Of a stretch of 64,000 nt of DNA, positions 24,037-36,240 are shown one piece after another. Position 1 is the first letter of the stretch; each line of letters opens with the position of its first letter. The position numbers were made by a program, and so were the translations under genes. The notes under the pieces were generated by a model. It saw only the letters and a list, made by a program, of their open reading frames with translations, made no database searches and was not told where the DNA came from. This DNA is from Podarcis liolepis (taxonomy: Eukaryota). The stretch lies in assembly GCA_965112155.1 (NCBI GenBank), contig OZ218100.1; one strand, given 5' to 3'.

Positions 24037-24265
24037 ATAGTAGATGCTTGGGTTGCGAACGTGATTCATGAGGGAGGCACGTTCGCAAGCCGCTGCGTTC
24101 ACAACCCGCAGTGCCGCGTCTGTGCACGCGCAGGTTGCGATTTGGCACTTCTGCGCATGTGTGAGCGACGAAACCCGGAAGTAACCCGTTCCGGTACTTC
24201 CGGGTTCGGTGCGGTGCACAACCCAAAAATGCGCAACCTGAAGCGTCTGTAATCTGAAGTATGTA
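24037..24265. mobile_element. Tigger-like MITE (GGGTTGCGAACGTGAT family)
   Basis: Shares sequence with copies at ~32927-33157 and 51485-51701. Confidence 0.7.
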
Positions 24266-26640
24266 TTTTAAAAACTGCAACATTGATTATTTCAGATGAT
24301 GTATGGATTGACTGATTTTTATTTCAACGGAGCTGCTGGAGAAATAGCCCGCTAGATATTTGCTAGAGAAGCAGCCTTCCTGCAAGTTGTCCCCCTCCAA
24401 CCATCTCGTAGCCACGGACACCCGCCTTTTCTTTCGCCCTCGCCGGCGTCCCCAATAGAATGAGAATGCGACATTCGCGGGAGCCTTTGTACTAGAAAAG
24501 GAAATGGCAGCAGACCCCCTTGACAATGAGCTCCAGTTCCAACCGAGCACAGCCTGCCCCGTAAAACCCCCACACAGAAGCTCCTCCAGTTCCCCGCGTT
24601 ACTCATTATGCATCCCCGGTGATCGTGCCGCCGATGCGGAAGGGGCAACTGTGAAGGCTCACATTGATTCCCCTTTTCATAGGAGAGGAGATTGTTGGCG
24701 GAAGATCACTGCTAGCAGTCCCCCGCGACAGATTTTTTTCCAGCGCGTTGCAGGCAGGTTGGCCGGCTGCCTGACAATCGGCTGTTGAGTGACATATTTT
24801 GGGCAGAGCCGTGGCAAAATGGGAGCCATGTGGCTGATGTTAGTAAACATTATCCCGCACAGACTGGCAGGACACCGTCAGCAGCGGGAGGGTGAATGGC
24901 TGGCAGGCTGCGTGAACTGGACACACAGGCAGCTAAGCACTACCTAGGAGACGCAAGCCAAGGCCTACAATCCAGCAGCTGCTGCGGTTGCCAGGGCAAC
25001 TAGAGACGAGGGAACAATGAGCTGGAAATCCAGCATGCAAGCTTTTATTGAAAGGTTTCCCCCGCTACCCAGCCCAAGCAAGGTCACACTCCCCAACCCC
25101 CCCCCCCATGTTAAAAAAATGTTTTCGGGTGGCGGCAGCTCGCTGTTGTTGTTTTGGTTATTGTTGCTGCATGGATCAATAGAGATATAGATATAAAGCA
25201 CAAGAAGCAATAGTGTACAGAGCCATTTCCTTTCCAAAGAACGGTGTGCGCAATTGGCGACGTGCTTTTGCTCCGTGTGTGGACTATACAAATGATAGGC
25301 GCACATACAGATCTCCTGCCTTTATATCCATTCCATCATAGTAGGGTGAAGAAAACATGCACGGCGAAAAATAAGAATGAAATTCATCTGAGAGGATACG
25401 TTTTCAAGCAGGAAAACAAAACGATTCTCTCCCCTCAACCCCCCCCCCCCGGGGGGGAAATTACCCCTCGCTTCTCCTTCACACCACAAGTACTAGGCAT
25501 ACAAATCAACCTAACCATGCAAAATATAGTCTTATTACTTAAAAAATGTAGTCTGTAACAGAAAACGCACAGGGTTTTTCAAAATTCATGTTTCGCTCTA
25601 GTTATTTTCCCTGCATTTTTCAGTGTATTAGCGCCTTGTTTCCAAATTAAGATCAGTTTGGCTGCTCTTTTAATTACTGTAGTAAAATCATTTCACAGGG
25701 GACCAGGTATTCTGCCATTTCACTTACAAACCCAGCTAATAACCTCCCTCCAGATTTTTTGGGTTACAGTGGGCCCTAGCCAGGGTTGGAAGAAAGCTAA
25801 CGTTTGTTTGCCTGAACCATTAACCAACCGTGCCAAAAATGAACAGGTAGTTTTTGTTACTACCTGCCTCCCTACATATCGCTGTTATTTGTGGGATAAA
25901 AAGAATAGGGGAGGGGGAACCCTTTTCTAAATCTTTCCTACTTTGTCACAGACAGACAACCAGGCTAGTGGCTATTTACAACCCTGAATTGAAGGCTTTA
26001 TGTGCTGGGCCCAGTTCGTACGGTTGGTGACGAAGAAACATGGAGCATGTGGCCGTGCGTGGACATTTGCACCCTATATTCTTGCAATTAATCTGCCTCA
26101 AGGAAGCGGGGCAAAGATAATAACTAGTAGGTTATTATACTCAACACACACAGTACTGCGAGAATAAATATTTTGGAGTTTTTGACTATGAAAAGCCTAG
26201 CATTATGAATTTAAAGTGCCATTGTTGAAAAAAATGTAGTGGAGCTGACATTTAACATGTTAAACTAAACAGCAATGGGTTAATTGTATTCATAGAAAGA
26301 AGTCATCACGGAACAAGGGCTTTTATGGGGCAGGAGGGAGATAACCTTGAAGCAGAAGCATTTTTACAAAATGCGTATTCTCCCAAGAATGGCTTAGAAT
26401 GCTCATTGAAAAACAAAACGCATTAGAAAGGTATATATAATGCATTGCGTTTTGAGTAAGGTAGAGGTAATACATATTTTCACTCAAGACTGCAATTCAA
26501 GGTAGCCACACCAGAGTCTTTTTGAATCGGTGGTCTGGTCACTCAGAGAATTGCAATTGCAATGCAATGCAGGAATATGCAACTCTCCCATATGGGGACT
26601 GAACTTGCAATCTTCGCATTCTCAGCACTATGCTCTAACC

Positions 26641-27565
26641 CAGTGTTTCCCAACCTTTTTTGGGCAAAGGCACACTTGTTTGATGAAAAAAATCTCGCGG
26701 CACACCACCATTACAGCCCCATGACGTCAGCGCGCAGCGTCACGCCGGGAGGGACGCACGAAAGTGAAAGTTTTCAATTTTTTCCCCTCCCCCTTGCCGG
26801 GGAACCTCCAAGCTTTGGGGGTGGGGGGGGGAGGAGGCAGCAAAGCGAGGGACTGAGGGACCCTAACCCTAACCCTAACCCTCACCGATCACCCGGGAAA
26901 GCATGCGAACGAGGAGCCCCCGTGTCCTGCTCCCGGCAGCGGACGGCACAAAGCGAGGAGGCCTGGACAAGGCAGCACGCTCCCCGCTCTCGCTTTATCG
27001 GGGATTTTCTCCTCCAGGCCGCTTTCGAAGTCCCCTTCTCCGCTCCCAAGAGCCGGAGCCGCTGCTTCCAGGCCCTGTCCGAGCCCCGACTTGTGGCCTC
27101 ACTTCGAGGAGCGCCTGTTGCTGGGGACGGGGCTGCATCCCCCTCAGCCGCCGCCTCGCTTCCTTCCAGGAGACCCGACGGCTCCCCCTCTCCCGCTCGC
27201 CCTCCTGCGCCCGCAGCAGACCGAGACCTCCCCACCCCCGCCCGGCTCGGCCCTACCTGGGCGCCTCCAAGCCCGGCCGGCTCCGCGTCGCGCTCCACGC
27301 CGGGCAGCTACAGCGGGGGCACGCGGCAGCCCGGCTGAGCGCGCCCCGGAGCCGCCGCGCCGTCGCTCGCGAGTCCCTCCGAGAGCCCTCGGGACTGACT
27401 CCGGAGTCGCGAGGCGGCGCGTCGCCCAGGGAAGGGGCGGCTTCCCACAAGTCCTCCGGGAAGCAAACGCCCTCGCCCGCCTCCCTCCAGGCAACATCTC
27501 GCGGCACACCAGGCAACATCTCACGGCACACTAGTGTGCCGCGGAACACCGGTTGGGAAACACTG
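26641..27565. mobile_element. Non-autonomous hAT transposon, copy 2 (with a different CpG-rich cargo), inserted in a tRNA-SINE
   Basis: Same TIRs as 12081; perfect 8-bp TSD CTCTAACC (26633-26640, 27566-27573); flanks rejoin as a minus-strand SINE (GCTCTAACCAACTGAGCTA). Confidence 0.92.
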
Positions 27566-29749
27566 CTCTAACCAACTGAGCTACCCAGGCTGACGCACAA
27601 TTGCAATATACAAAGTTAAGCCCGGCTAAGGCCTTCGTTTCTGTGGGTTTAAGCATGGACTGTGACCTCTGGAAGGTTTCTATGCATTGTGACTTATCTG
27701 CAGCTTATGGGGCAGCTTTCCTTCAGCTCTAGGGTCACACCCCTTTGGGACAGAAAAAAATGGCCTAAAATATGGACCCCATTGAAATGCAATGATTCCG
27801 CAATAGCACAGTATGGATTCTCTGTAAAGGCTGGGTAGGCAAGCTAGGCAGATTCTGGAGAGGAGGACTAGCATGGAAGTAAACGTTGCATTCAGAGGCC
27901 TGCGTCTCTTGAAGATGAGAATCTGGGATTCAGACTAGGGTTTGCAGAGGAAGAGTCTTATTTTATACTTCCTACCTTCTATACTGGCAGACTGCTGTTC
28001 TTTCCAGAATGTTTATTGTCCTGTCAGCTTAGCATAAGTCCTGGTGTGGATTTCCTGGTGTGAGGAAACCCTGGCCTGGATAAAGGAATGGTTCTGGCAC
28101 AAGCATGACAGTAAACCTAGCTTTTCCTAAGAGTTAAAAAGTAATTCCAGGGCTGTGTTTGAGTATAGGAAGATTGTCGGCTCAAAAACGTTAGCTCAGC
28201 AATGTCAAAGAGTGTAGGTAAACTGCTGCCTTTTCCACAGGGATTTTACACGAGGAAAAAGCCAGTCTGTACTCCGATGGCAGAAAGGAAACCCATCAGA
28301 GTTGTTCAATTCTTCCCCCATTAGGTCCCAAGGTGAGTGTGTAATGTTTTGCATGAGATACAGGTAATAGAGATGTCAGTGGTGAGAGATGTCTCTTATC
28401 ACATCAGGCCCTTAGCTAATGGTGAAGTACCACTGTGATATCATACCCTCCAACATTTCTCCAATGAAAATAGGGACATCCTATTTTTACTTTTTGAAAT
28501 ATTGTAACTAGACTCTATATGGAATTTAAGTCCCACCCCCTGATTACAACGTCGGGTTACCTTTGGGGGGATGCAAAGTTGTTGAGCTTTTTGGGCAAAA
28601 TCACTTTTTTAAAAGGCCATTTTAAAGCTCTTTTTAATGGAAAAGCGGCAAAAATGGCACTGCTGACATGGGTTGCAATAAGTCCGGATTTTCCCAGACA
28701 TTTCCCCCCGATTTCCATCCAGACACTGCTGCCGGCTGTGGAATATTGGATATGTCAGGAAGATATGTATGCAACCCTACTCAAACCTTACTCCCCACAC
28801 ACTGCAAACTTTGCCAAATCATTCCCTTCGTAGCCTTCTAAAGGAAAATAGCTCAGTAGGCTACAAAAATTACAAAAAGCTAAGCCCCCACCTCTGTAAT
28901 GTGAGCATTGGTAATTGGAAGTAATCTGGCAGGATCTGAAATTCAGTATAGTCTGTTCTGGTACAGACGGGGAGAATCAGAATAGTTATTGGGGTTAGAG
29001 CATGAGTTTATGGAGGAAAATGACATCTCTGAAGTCAACAGCATGTAGAACTCCTTTTTGCTTTTCATGTGAGTATCCGTATGCAGACATTAGAAAGAAT
29101 ATTTCTGCTTTGATTCAGAGCGTTTGCAGTTATAACGATATGAGCCTAAACAGGTGAACTGTGGTTTGTGACAGCTAGATTGTTATGAGAGAAACTTCTG
29201 AGCCAGAATTATGGTCTCTGGTGAATAGCTCGCCGCAGCTCTGTTTGTGTAGACGTCCAAGGGTGAAGAACACTAATACAGTTGTCCGTGCACAACTGTA
29301 ACAAACAATCTGCTTATTGTGTATTTTAGAAAAGCAATTCTTCATGCTGGCTAACAGGTGGCACAAAGTTACTGTAGGCACACTGTTGGAGAAGAACAAA
29401 CCCCATTTAACGGAGATATTTGCATGGAGAGGCCAAAATTCATTTTTTTTTAAATGATATTGTCAATGCAAACTGTCAATCCCTCATGTTACACAGATTC
29501 CTCCTGTTGCATTCAGTCTGCCTCTGGACAAAAAACACTTCTGCATGAATGTAGGGAATAACAACAACAACTACTACTACAACAATAACAATAATAATAC
29601 AAAGAAGAATGATGACCTCACTCTGGTCTTTTGAATTATGGTTTTCAAGTTGTATTATCAATGCAACACGCGATGCCAAGTTTGTTTTTTGGATGGGGTT
29701 TAAAGTGCGCTATAATTTTTCATACATTTCAGCTTCTCAAGAGGTTATC

Positions 29750-30345
29750 TAGTTATCTCTCACTTGGACTACTGCAATGCGCTCTATGTAGAGCGCCTTT
29801 GAAGGTGACCCGGAAACTACAACTAATCCAGAATACGGCAGCTAGACTGGTAACTGGGAAACGGCCGCCGAGACCATATAACACCGGTCTTGAAAGACCT
29901 ACACTGGCTCCCAGTACGTTTCCAAGCACAATTCAAAGTGTTGGTGTTGACATTTAAAGCCGTAAACAGCCTCGGTCCAGTATACCCGAAGGAGCGTCTC
30001 CACCTCCATCGTTCTACCCGGACACTGAGGTCCAGCGCCAAGGGCCTTCTGGCGGTTCCCTCACTGCGAGAAGTCAAGTTACAGGGAACCAGGTAGAGGG
30101 CCTTCTTGGTAGTGGCACCCGCCCTGTGGAACACCCTCCCACCAGATGTCAAAGATAAAAACAACTACCAGATTTTTAGAAGACATCTGAAGGCAGCCGT
30201 GTTTAGGGAAACTTTTAATGTTTAATAGGTTATTGTATTTTAATATTCCGTTGGAAGCCGTCCAGAGTAGCTGGAGAAACCCAGCCAGATGAGCGGGGTA
30301 TAAATAATAAATTGTTGTTGTTGTTGTTGTTGTTGTTGCTGCTGC
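29750..30345 (+). mobile_element. L2-clade LINE 3' fragment
   Basis: Translates LDYCNALY...LKVTRKLQLIQNTAARLVTG...KDLHWLPVRFQAQFKVLVLTFKA; tail GCGGGGTATAAATAATAA plus microsatellite. Confidence 0.8.
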
Positions 30346-30479
30346 TGCTAACTGAATTGAAATAAATGCCCATGCTTTCAAGCTATATGCATTAATGAAA
30401 AACACAAAGGGTGATTTCATTACAATGTTCTTAAGTCTTAACTTTGCAAGATATTTTCAGGGAGAGTAGGTGGGAAGAC

Positions 30480-31078
30480 ATCAATAGGAGTTGCATCAAT
30501 AGGAGTATAGCATCTAGATCAAGGGAAGTAATAGTGCCACTGTATTCTGCTCTGGTCAGACCTCACCTGGAGTACTGTGTCCAGTTCTGGGCACCACAAT
30601 TCAAGAAGGACACTGACAAACTGGAACATGTCCAGAGGAGGGCAACCAAAATGGTCAAAGGCCTGGAAACGATGCCTTATGAGGAACGGCTAAGGGAGCT
30701 GGGCATGTTTAGCCTGGAGAAGAGGAGGTTAAGGGGTGATATGATAGCCATGTTCAAATATATAAAAGGATGTCACATAGAGGAGGGAGAAAGGTTGTTT
30801 TCTGCTGCTCCAGAGAAGCGGACACGGAGCAATGGATCCAAACTACAAGAAAGAAGATTCCACCTAAACATTAGGAAGAACTTCCTGACAGTAAGAGCTG
30901 TTCGACAGTGGAATTTGCTGCCAAGGAGTGTGGTGGAGTCTCCTACTTTGGAGGTCTTTAAGCAGAGGCTTGACAACCATATGTCAGGAGTGCTCTGATG
31001 GTGTTTCCTGCTTGGCAGGGGGTTGGACTCGATGGCCCTTGTGGTCTCTTCCAACTCTATGATTCTATGATTCTATGA
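30480..31078 (+). mobile_element. CR1 LINE 3' fragment (RT C-terminus, open frame) with (ATTCTATG)n tail
   Basis: [39 protein letters not shown]...[16 protein letters not shown]...[14 protein letters not shown]; CR1 octamer repeat at 31057-31078. Confidence 0.95.
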
Positions 31079-31733
31079 CAGCAAGCTAGCCATACAGATT
31101 GCTCGAAGTCAGACCCCAGTTACTGAGAAGGGTTAATTAACAGTGACCACAAGCTTTGCCATCTCTTATGAGGTTGCTGCAAACAAACTGTTGCAACACT
31201 TGCTTTTTTTTTACTGCCCCTTCCCTGCAAACAGGCACCTTCTGTTTGACTGGAAAACCCTTTTATAAAAAGTAGTCTTTCAGTAGTCAAGGTTCTTCAT
31301 TAAACGACGCTTGCTCTGTTCCAGTTGCGTGTATTCCAAAAAGCTGACGTTCATGTCCCCATTTGGAAACCTGTAGATAAGTATGTCAGAATGACTGCAG
31401 TTTAGGAGATTTGATGGCTGCTTCATTGCATCTAGTCCTTCTGGTACAAGCATGTAGTGTTGTTCAGCCTGCACAGGTATTTCCATTGATTCATCTGGCT
31501 GAGAGACACTTAAGACAAGCACCAGCATGGACTTTTCACTTGGTCAAGGAGACATTGGAAATGAAAGCTCCTTGCCACTTCTAATTGCTCGTCTTGCAGT
31601 TTTGTTTGTGAATTATATTGCAAAACTGGGAGCCTTGTATCAACAACCCTTGATAGAGTTTTGGGTTCAGCCCTTCTTGCTGACATCAGATTGCTGCAGT
31701 TGCAAGTGAAGCATTGTGACTTTCTACTACCTT

Positions 31734-32494
31734 GATGGCAGAAAGTGAGGAGGAATTAAAGAACCTTTTAATGAGGGTGAAAGAGGAGAGCGCAAAATAT
31801 GGTCTGAAGCTCAACATCAAAAAAACGAAGATCATGGCCACTGGGCCCATCACCTCCTGGCAAATAGAAGGGGAAGAAATGTAGGCAGTGAGAGATTTTA
31901 CTTTCTTGGGCTCCATGATCACTGCAGATGGTGACAGCAGTCACGAAATTAAAAGGCGCCTGCTTTTTGGGAGAAAAGCAATGACAAACCTAGACAGCGT
32001 CTTAAAAAGCAGAGACATCACCTTGCCGACAAAGGTCCGTATAGTTAAAGCTATGGTTTTCCCAGTAGTGATGTATGGAAGTGAGAGCTGGACCATAAAG
32101 AAGGCTGATCGCCGAAGAATTGATGCTTTTGAATTATGGTGCTGGAGGAGACTCTTGAGAGTCCCATGGACTGCAAGAAGATCAAACCTCTCCATTCTGA
32201 AGGAAATCAGCCCTGAGTGCTCACTGGAAGGACAGATCGTGAAGCTGAGGCTCCAGTACTTAGGCCACCTCATGAGAAGAGAAGACTCCCTGGAAAAGAC
32301 CCTGATGTTGGGAAAGATGGAGGGCACAAGGAGAAGGGGACAACAGAGGATGAGATGGTTGGACAGTGTTCTTGAAGCTACCAGCATGAGTTTGACCAAA
32401 CTGCGGGAGGCAGTGGAAGACAGGAGTGCCTGGCGTGCTCTGGTCCATGGGGTCACGAAGAGTCGGACACGACTAAATGACTAAACAACAACAA
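31734..32494 (+). mobile_element. RTE-BovB LINE, 5'-truncated
   Basis: LMAESEEELKNLLMRVKEESAKYGLKLNIKKTKIMA...EIKRRLLFGRKAMTNLDS...LWCWRRLLRVPWTARRSN...HGVTKSRTRLND; (CAA)n tail; TSD CTACTACCTT (31724-31733, 32495-32504); one in-frame TAG at 31882. Confidence 0.95.
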
Positions 32495-32514
32495 CTACTA
32501 CCTTAAAAGCCTTG

Positions 32515-32550
<36 letters not shown>

Positions 32551-32926
32551 TTATTAAATTTCACCTGATCCCAGGACGGTTCACAACAGAAAACTATAAA
32601 CTAATATATAATAAAACAAAAACAAACCAATAACCCCCACTTCCACAAGCCCTTAAATGTTACTCAGCAGAGCGTCTGGTGGAAGAGAAACATTTGTAAT
32701 GATGGTGCCAGGCGAGCCTCACTGGGGAGGGCATTCCACAAATGGGGAGCCACTGCTGAAAAGGCCCGCTCTTGTGTTGCCACCCTCCGGATCTGTCTTG
32801 GAAGAGGCACATGAAGAAGGGCCTCAGATTATGAAATCAAGGTCCAGGTCAGTTCATATGGAGAGAGGCAGTCCTCAAGGTATTGTGGTCCTGAGCCATT
32901 TAAGGCTTTAGAGATGAAAACCAGTA

Positions 32927-33157
32927 TAGTGGACACTCGGGTTGCGAACGTGATCCGTGCGGGATGCACGTTCACAACCCGCAGCATTCGCAACCCGCAG
33001 CGGTGTGTCTGCGCATGCGCGGGTTGTGATTCAGCGCTTCTAAGCATGCGCGACCCCTGAAACCCAAAAGTAACCCGTTCCAGTACTTCCGGGTTTTGGC
33101 GGGTCCGTAACCCGAAAAAACGCAACCTGAAGTGTCTGTAACCCGAGGTATGACTGT
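32927..33157. mobile_element. Tigger-like MITE inserted in a degenerate minus-strand L2 fragment (~32520-33175)
   Basis: AGTGGACACTCGGGTTGCGAAC...TAACCCGAGGTATGACTG; flanks translate on minus strand as FISKALNGSGPQYLEDCL. Confidence 0.7.
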
Positions 33158-34021
33158 ACTTCGAATTGGGCCCGTTTAGCCGGTGCTCAGACTATAAGAA
33201 TATTCACAGTTTAGACTTCAGATCAGTTCACATGAACCTACCTGTATCAAGGAGTCTCTAAAACTCCTTGATATTAAATTAAATGCACAAATATACACTT
33301 TTATGAGCGGAGAGGTTGGACGTTGGCCAACAGTTACAAGCAGAAATTTCCTTGAGCTCAAAATTCTAAGTGCTGTAATGCAAGGTGCAAAAGTATTGCT
33401 GAATCGCCATCAGTACTTGAGCCTCACTTATGAAAATCATGATATGTATTTTCTTGGGTAGCCCAGCATAGTTAAAATACTTTCTTTGATATTCTAGTGC
33501 TGTGGGTCCAGTACTGTGACTGCCTTCTTTAAGGTGTTTGATTTCAGCGAGGATGAAAGCTCCGGCCGTACAAAAGAAAGTATGTAGCGTATCAACACGA
33601 GCCATCTAATATAGCTCAGTAAGGGTGGGTTGTTGTTTTTAAGTAATACAATCTAATACTTAAGATAATTTGCTATTATATGTACAAAAATACTTGGCGT
33701 TAGTTTCAGGTGACATGAAACTTGGTCGATTGACCCTATGATGAATTTTAATTCCTTTTCCATACATGCTTAAAAAGTGCCAGCATGTTTTGGAACATGT
33801 ATGCCGGGGTGGACAACCTCTGTCTTGTGGGCCAAATGTGGTCCGCCAGGATGTGTTCCCCAAACTACACCCACCTGCCTCACACCTGATGTCATATGTC
33901 GTCTACAACCGTAGGCTTGGATCTAGAAAGGTATTTTTCCTGTTGCGTAAAATAAAATGGGCATCAACAGAAATGTATATAAAATAGATACATTATATAT
34001 AGATATATAAATATATAGATA

Positions 34022-34516
34022 CAGGGCCGGATTTAGGTTTGATGAGGCCCTAAGCTACTGAAGGTTATGGGGCCCTTTATATGTCCAGCTGTCCTTTGTC
34101 AACAACAAATTGTCACTGTTTCTTGTGCCGAATATATGCTATATGGTAATTTATGCTCCTAATAGGTATCTAAAGCTATTTGCACATAACAAAATATGTA
34201 TTTTATCAAAGTAATTGTTGAACTGAAATACAATTAAGAAGAAGCATATTAGTAGTGAAATACAGCCCTATATAGAAATGAGCAAACCAGTGATGTTTTA
34301 GGGAGCAGGCTAGCAGGTGGGGCTCATTACTTACATCACAGGAGCCTACACAACACAAAACACTGTTGCTGTATGTAGGTTTTATTTTATTTGTTTTTTT
34401 ATCTTCTATTTTGGAAATGTACATCCAGGGTTTTTTTCCTTTAATTTTTTTGGGGGCCCCCAAGAGAGTGGGGCCCTAAGCTATAGCTTGTTTAGCTTAT
34501 ACGTAAATCTGGCACT
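34022..34516. mobile_element. Non-autonomous DNA transposon (CAGGGCCGGATTTA TIR, probably hAT)
   Basis: TIR CAGGGCCGGATTTA / TAAATCTGGCACTG; internally deleted inverted copy at ~43442-43771. Confidence 0.75.
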
Positions 34517-34550
34517 GTAGATATATAGAGATAGAGATATATAGATATAT

Positions 34551-34904
34551 AAGGTAAAGGTACCCCTGCCGTTACGGGCCAGTTGTGTCCGACTCTAGGG
34601 TTGCGTGCTCATCTTGCTTAAGAGGCCGGGAGCCGACGCCGTCCGAAGACACTTCCGGGTCACGTGGCCAGCGTGACAAGCTGCATCTGGCGAGCCAGCG
34701 CCGCACACGGAAACGCCGTTACCTTCCCGCTATAAAGTGGTACCTATTTATCTACTTCCACTTGGGGGGCTTTCGAACTGCTAGGTGGGCAGGAACTGGG
34801 ACCGAACGACGGGAGCTCACCCCGCCGCAGGGATTCGAACCGCCAACCTTACGATCAGCAAGTCCTAGGCACTGAGGTTTTACCCACAGCGCCACCCGCG
34901 TCCC
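34551..34904 (-). mobile_element. Sauria SINE (full length)
   Basis: AAGGTAAAGG tail through CACAGCGCCACCCGCGTCCC; inserted in a TATAGA-type repeat. Confidence 0.88.
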
Positions 34905-36097
34905 TTATATAGATATATAGCATTTTTTAAAAAAACACACACAAACATTCTCTCCAGATATATTGTGACAGATGCAATGAACAATTGTCACAGGATCCGT
35001 GGGAGAACAAAAATGAATATATAAACCTAGAGATGTCTTATGTTGCAGAAGTGCAATCTTTCAACCATATGTTCATAGATGGATTCTATACCTGAGGCAG
35101 TTCTGAGATGGTTAAGCATCTGCTTATACCTTGGTGGATAGATATCAGCATATTCTAATGCAGGTCACAAGTTCTTGATCATCTGCTTTTGCCTAAGGGG
35201 CTCAATTTAAAAAGAGGTCTGAGTGTTTTTCAAGTGGTGTGGCTCAGAGGATTCTTCTTGTAAATATACAAAAATACAGTTGACAGTTTTCTAGTTGCGA
35301 AGTGTGATGCGGAAAAAAGCATTTAAAAGATAAAGAACGGTAATTACAATCCTCAGAATGCATCCTGTTGCTGAACCTTTCACCTGATGAACACACCACA
35401 AACTTGTTTCCCAGAATATGCATTTGGTGGACTGATAGCTAGGCACAACATCCTCATGCAATGTACTATTACATAGGGCTACTGTCTCACTGTGGTTTAG
35501 TTGCCCTCACAAAATCCTAGTACTGTACATTAGGTGATCTGTAGGGTCACATACCCACAATCTGTTAATTCTTAATGATTGATCTGCACTCGTTGTGACT
35601 TGTCTTGCTTTTGCTGCTGTATTTTAAATTTATGGATTCTCCTTTCCCCTTCCATCCACTCCTTAGTTGCCCATCTGTTTGATAGCACTCCTCAACTTTT
35701 TTCTTTCTTTCTCAAGGGCAAGACTTTTGAAATGAAACACTTTCCCCTCTTACACAACTGTATGGACAGAGACACCATTTTCTCTAGATAATTGAGGGGG
35801 TCTGACACGATAACCTGACATCATGCAAGCGGTGTAGCGAGCAGCCAGGGGGCACAGCTATATTATTTGCTAAAACATCTTTTCTTAAAATGGAGCATGT
35901 TTGCAGAACATATGGAGGAAAAATGTAAATGTACCAAGAAATAAAAATCTCCTTTTAAGATTGCATCGTCTATTGCAGAAGAGCACCTCAAGAAAAGGTA
36001 ACCTCCAAACAGTGCCTTTCCCTAAGAAATCAAAGTGTTTCTCAGGCAACATTAGGTCTATGGAGATAGCTGAAGTTACTTTTGGTTCCTTCCATGA

Positions 36098-36240
36098 GCC
36101 GATAGCTCAGTTGGTAAAGCATGAGACTTTTAATTCTCAGGGTTGTGGGTTTGAGTCCCATGTTGGACGAAATATTCTTGCATTTCAGGGAGTTGGACTC
36201 AATGATCCTTGTGGTCCCAACTGTTTGATTCTATGATTCA
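36098..36240 (+). mobile_element. tRNA-derived SINE with CR1-like tail
   Basis: GATAGCTCAGTTGGTAAAGCATGAGACTTTTAATTCTCAGGGTTGTGGGTTTGAGTCCC...GATTCTATGATT. Confidence 0.75.

Noticed and set aside
26562-27571. 258-aa and 222-aa ORFs
   Set aside because: They cross SINE/hAT boundaries and are low-complexity GC-rich frames; no transposase motifs.
30444-32484. 184-aa and 198-aa ORFs as host genes
   Set aside because: They are CR1 and BovB reverse transcriptase remnants.
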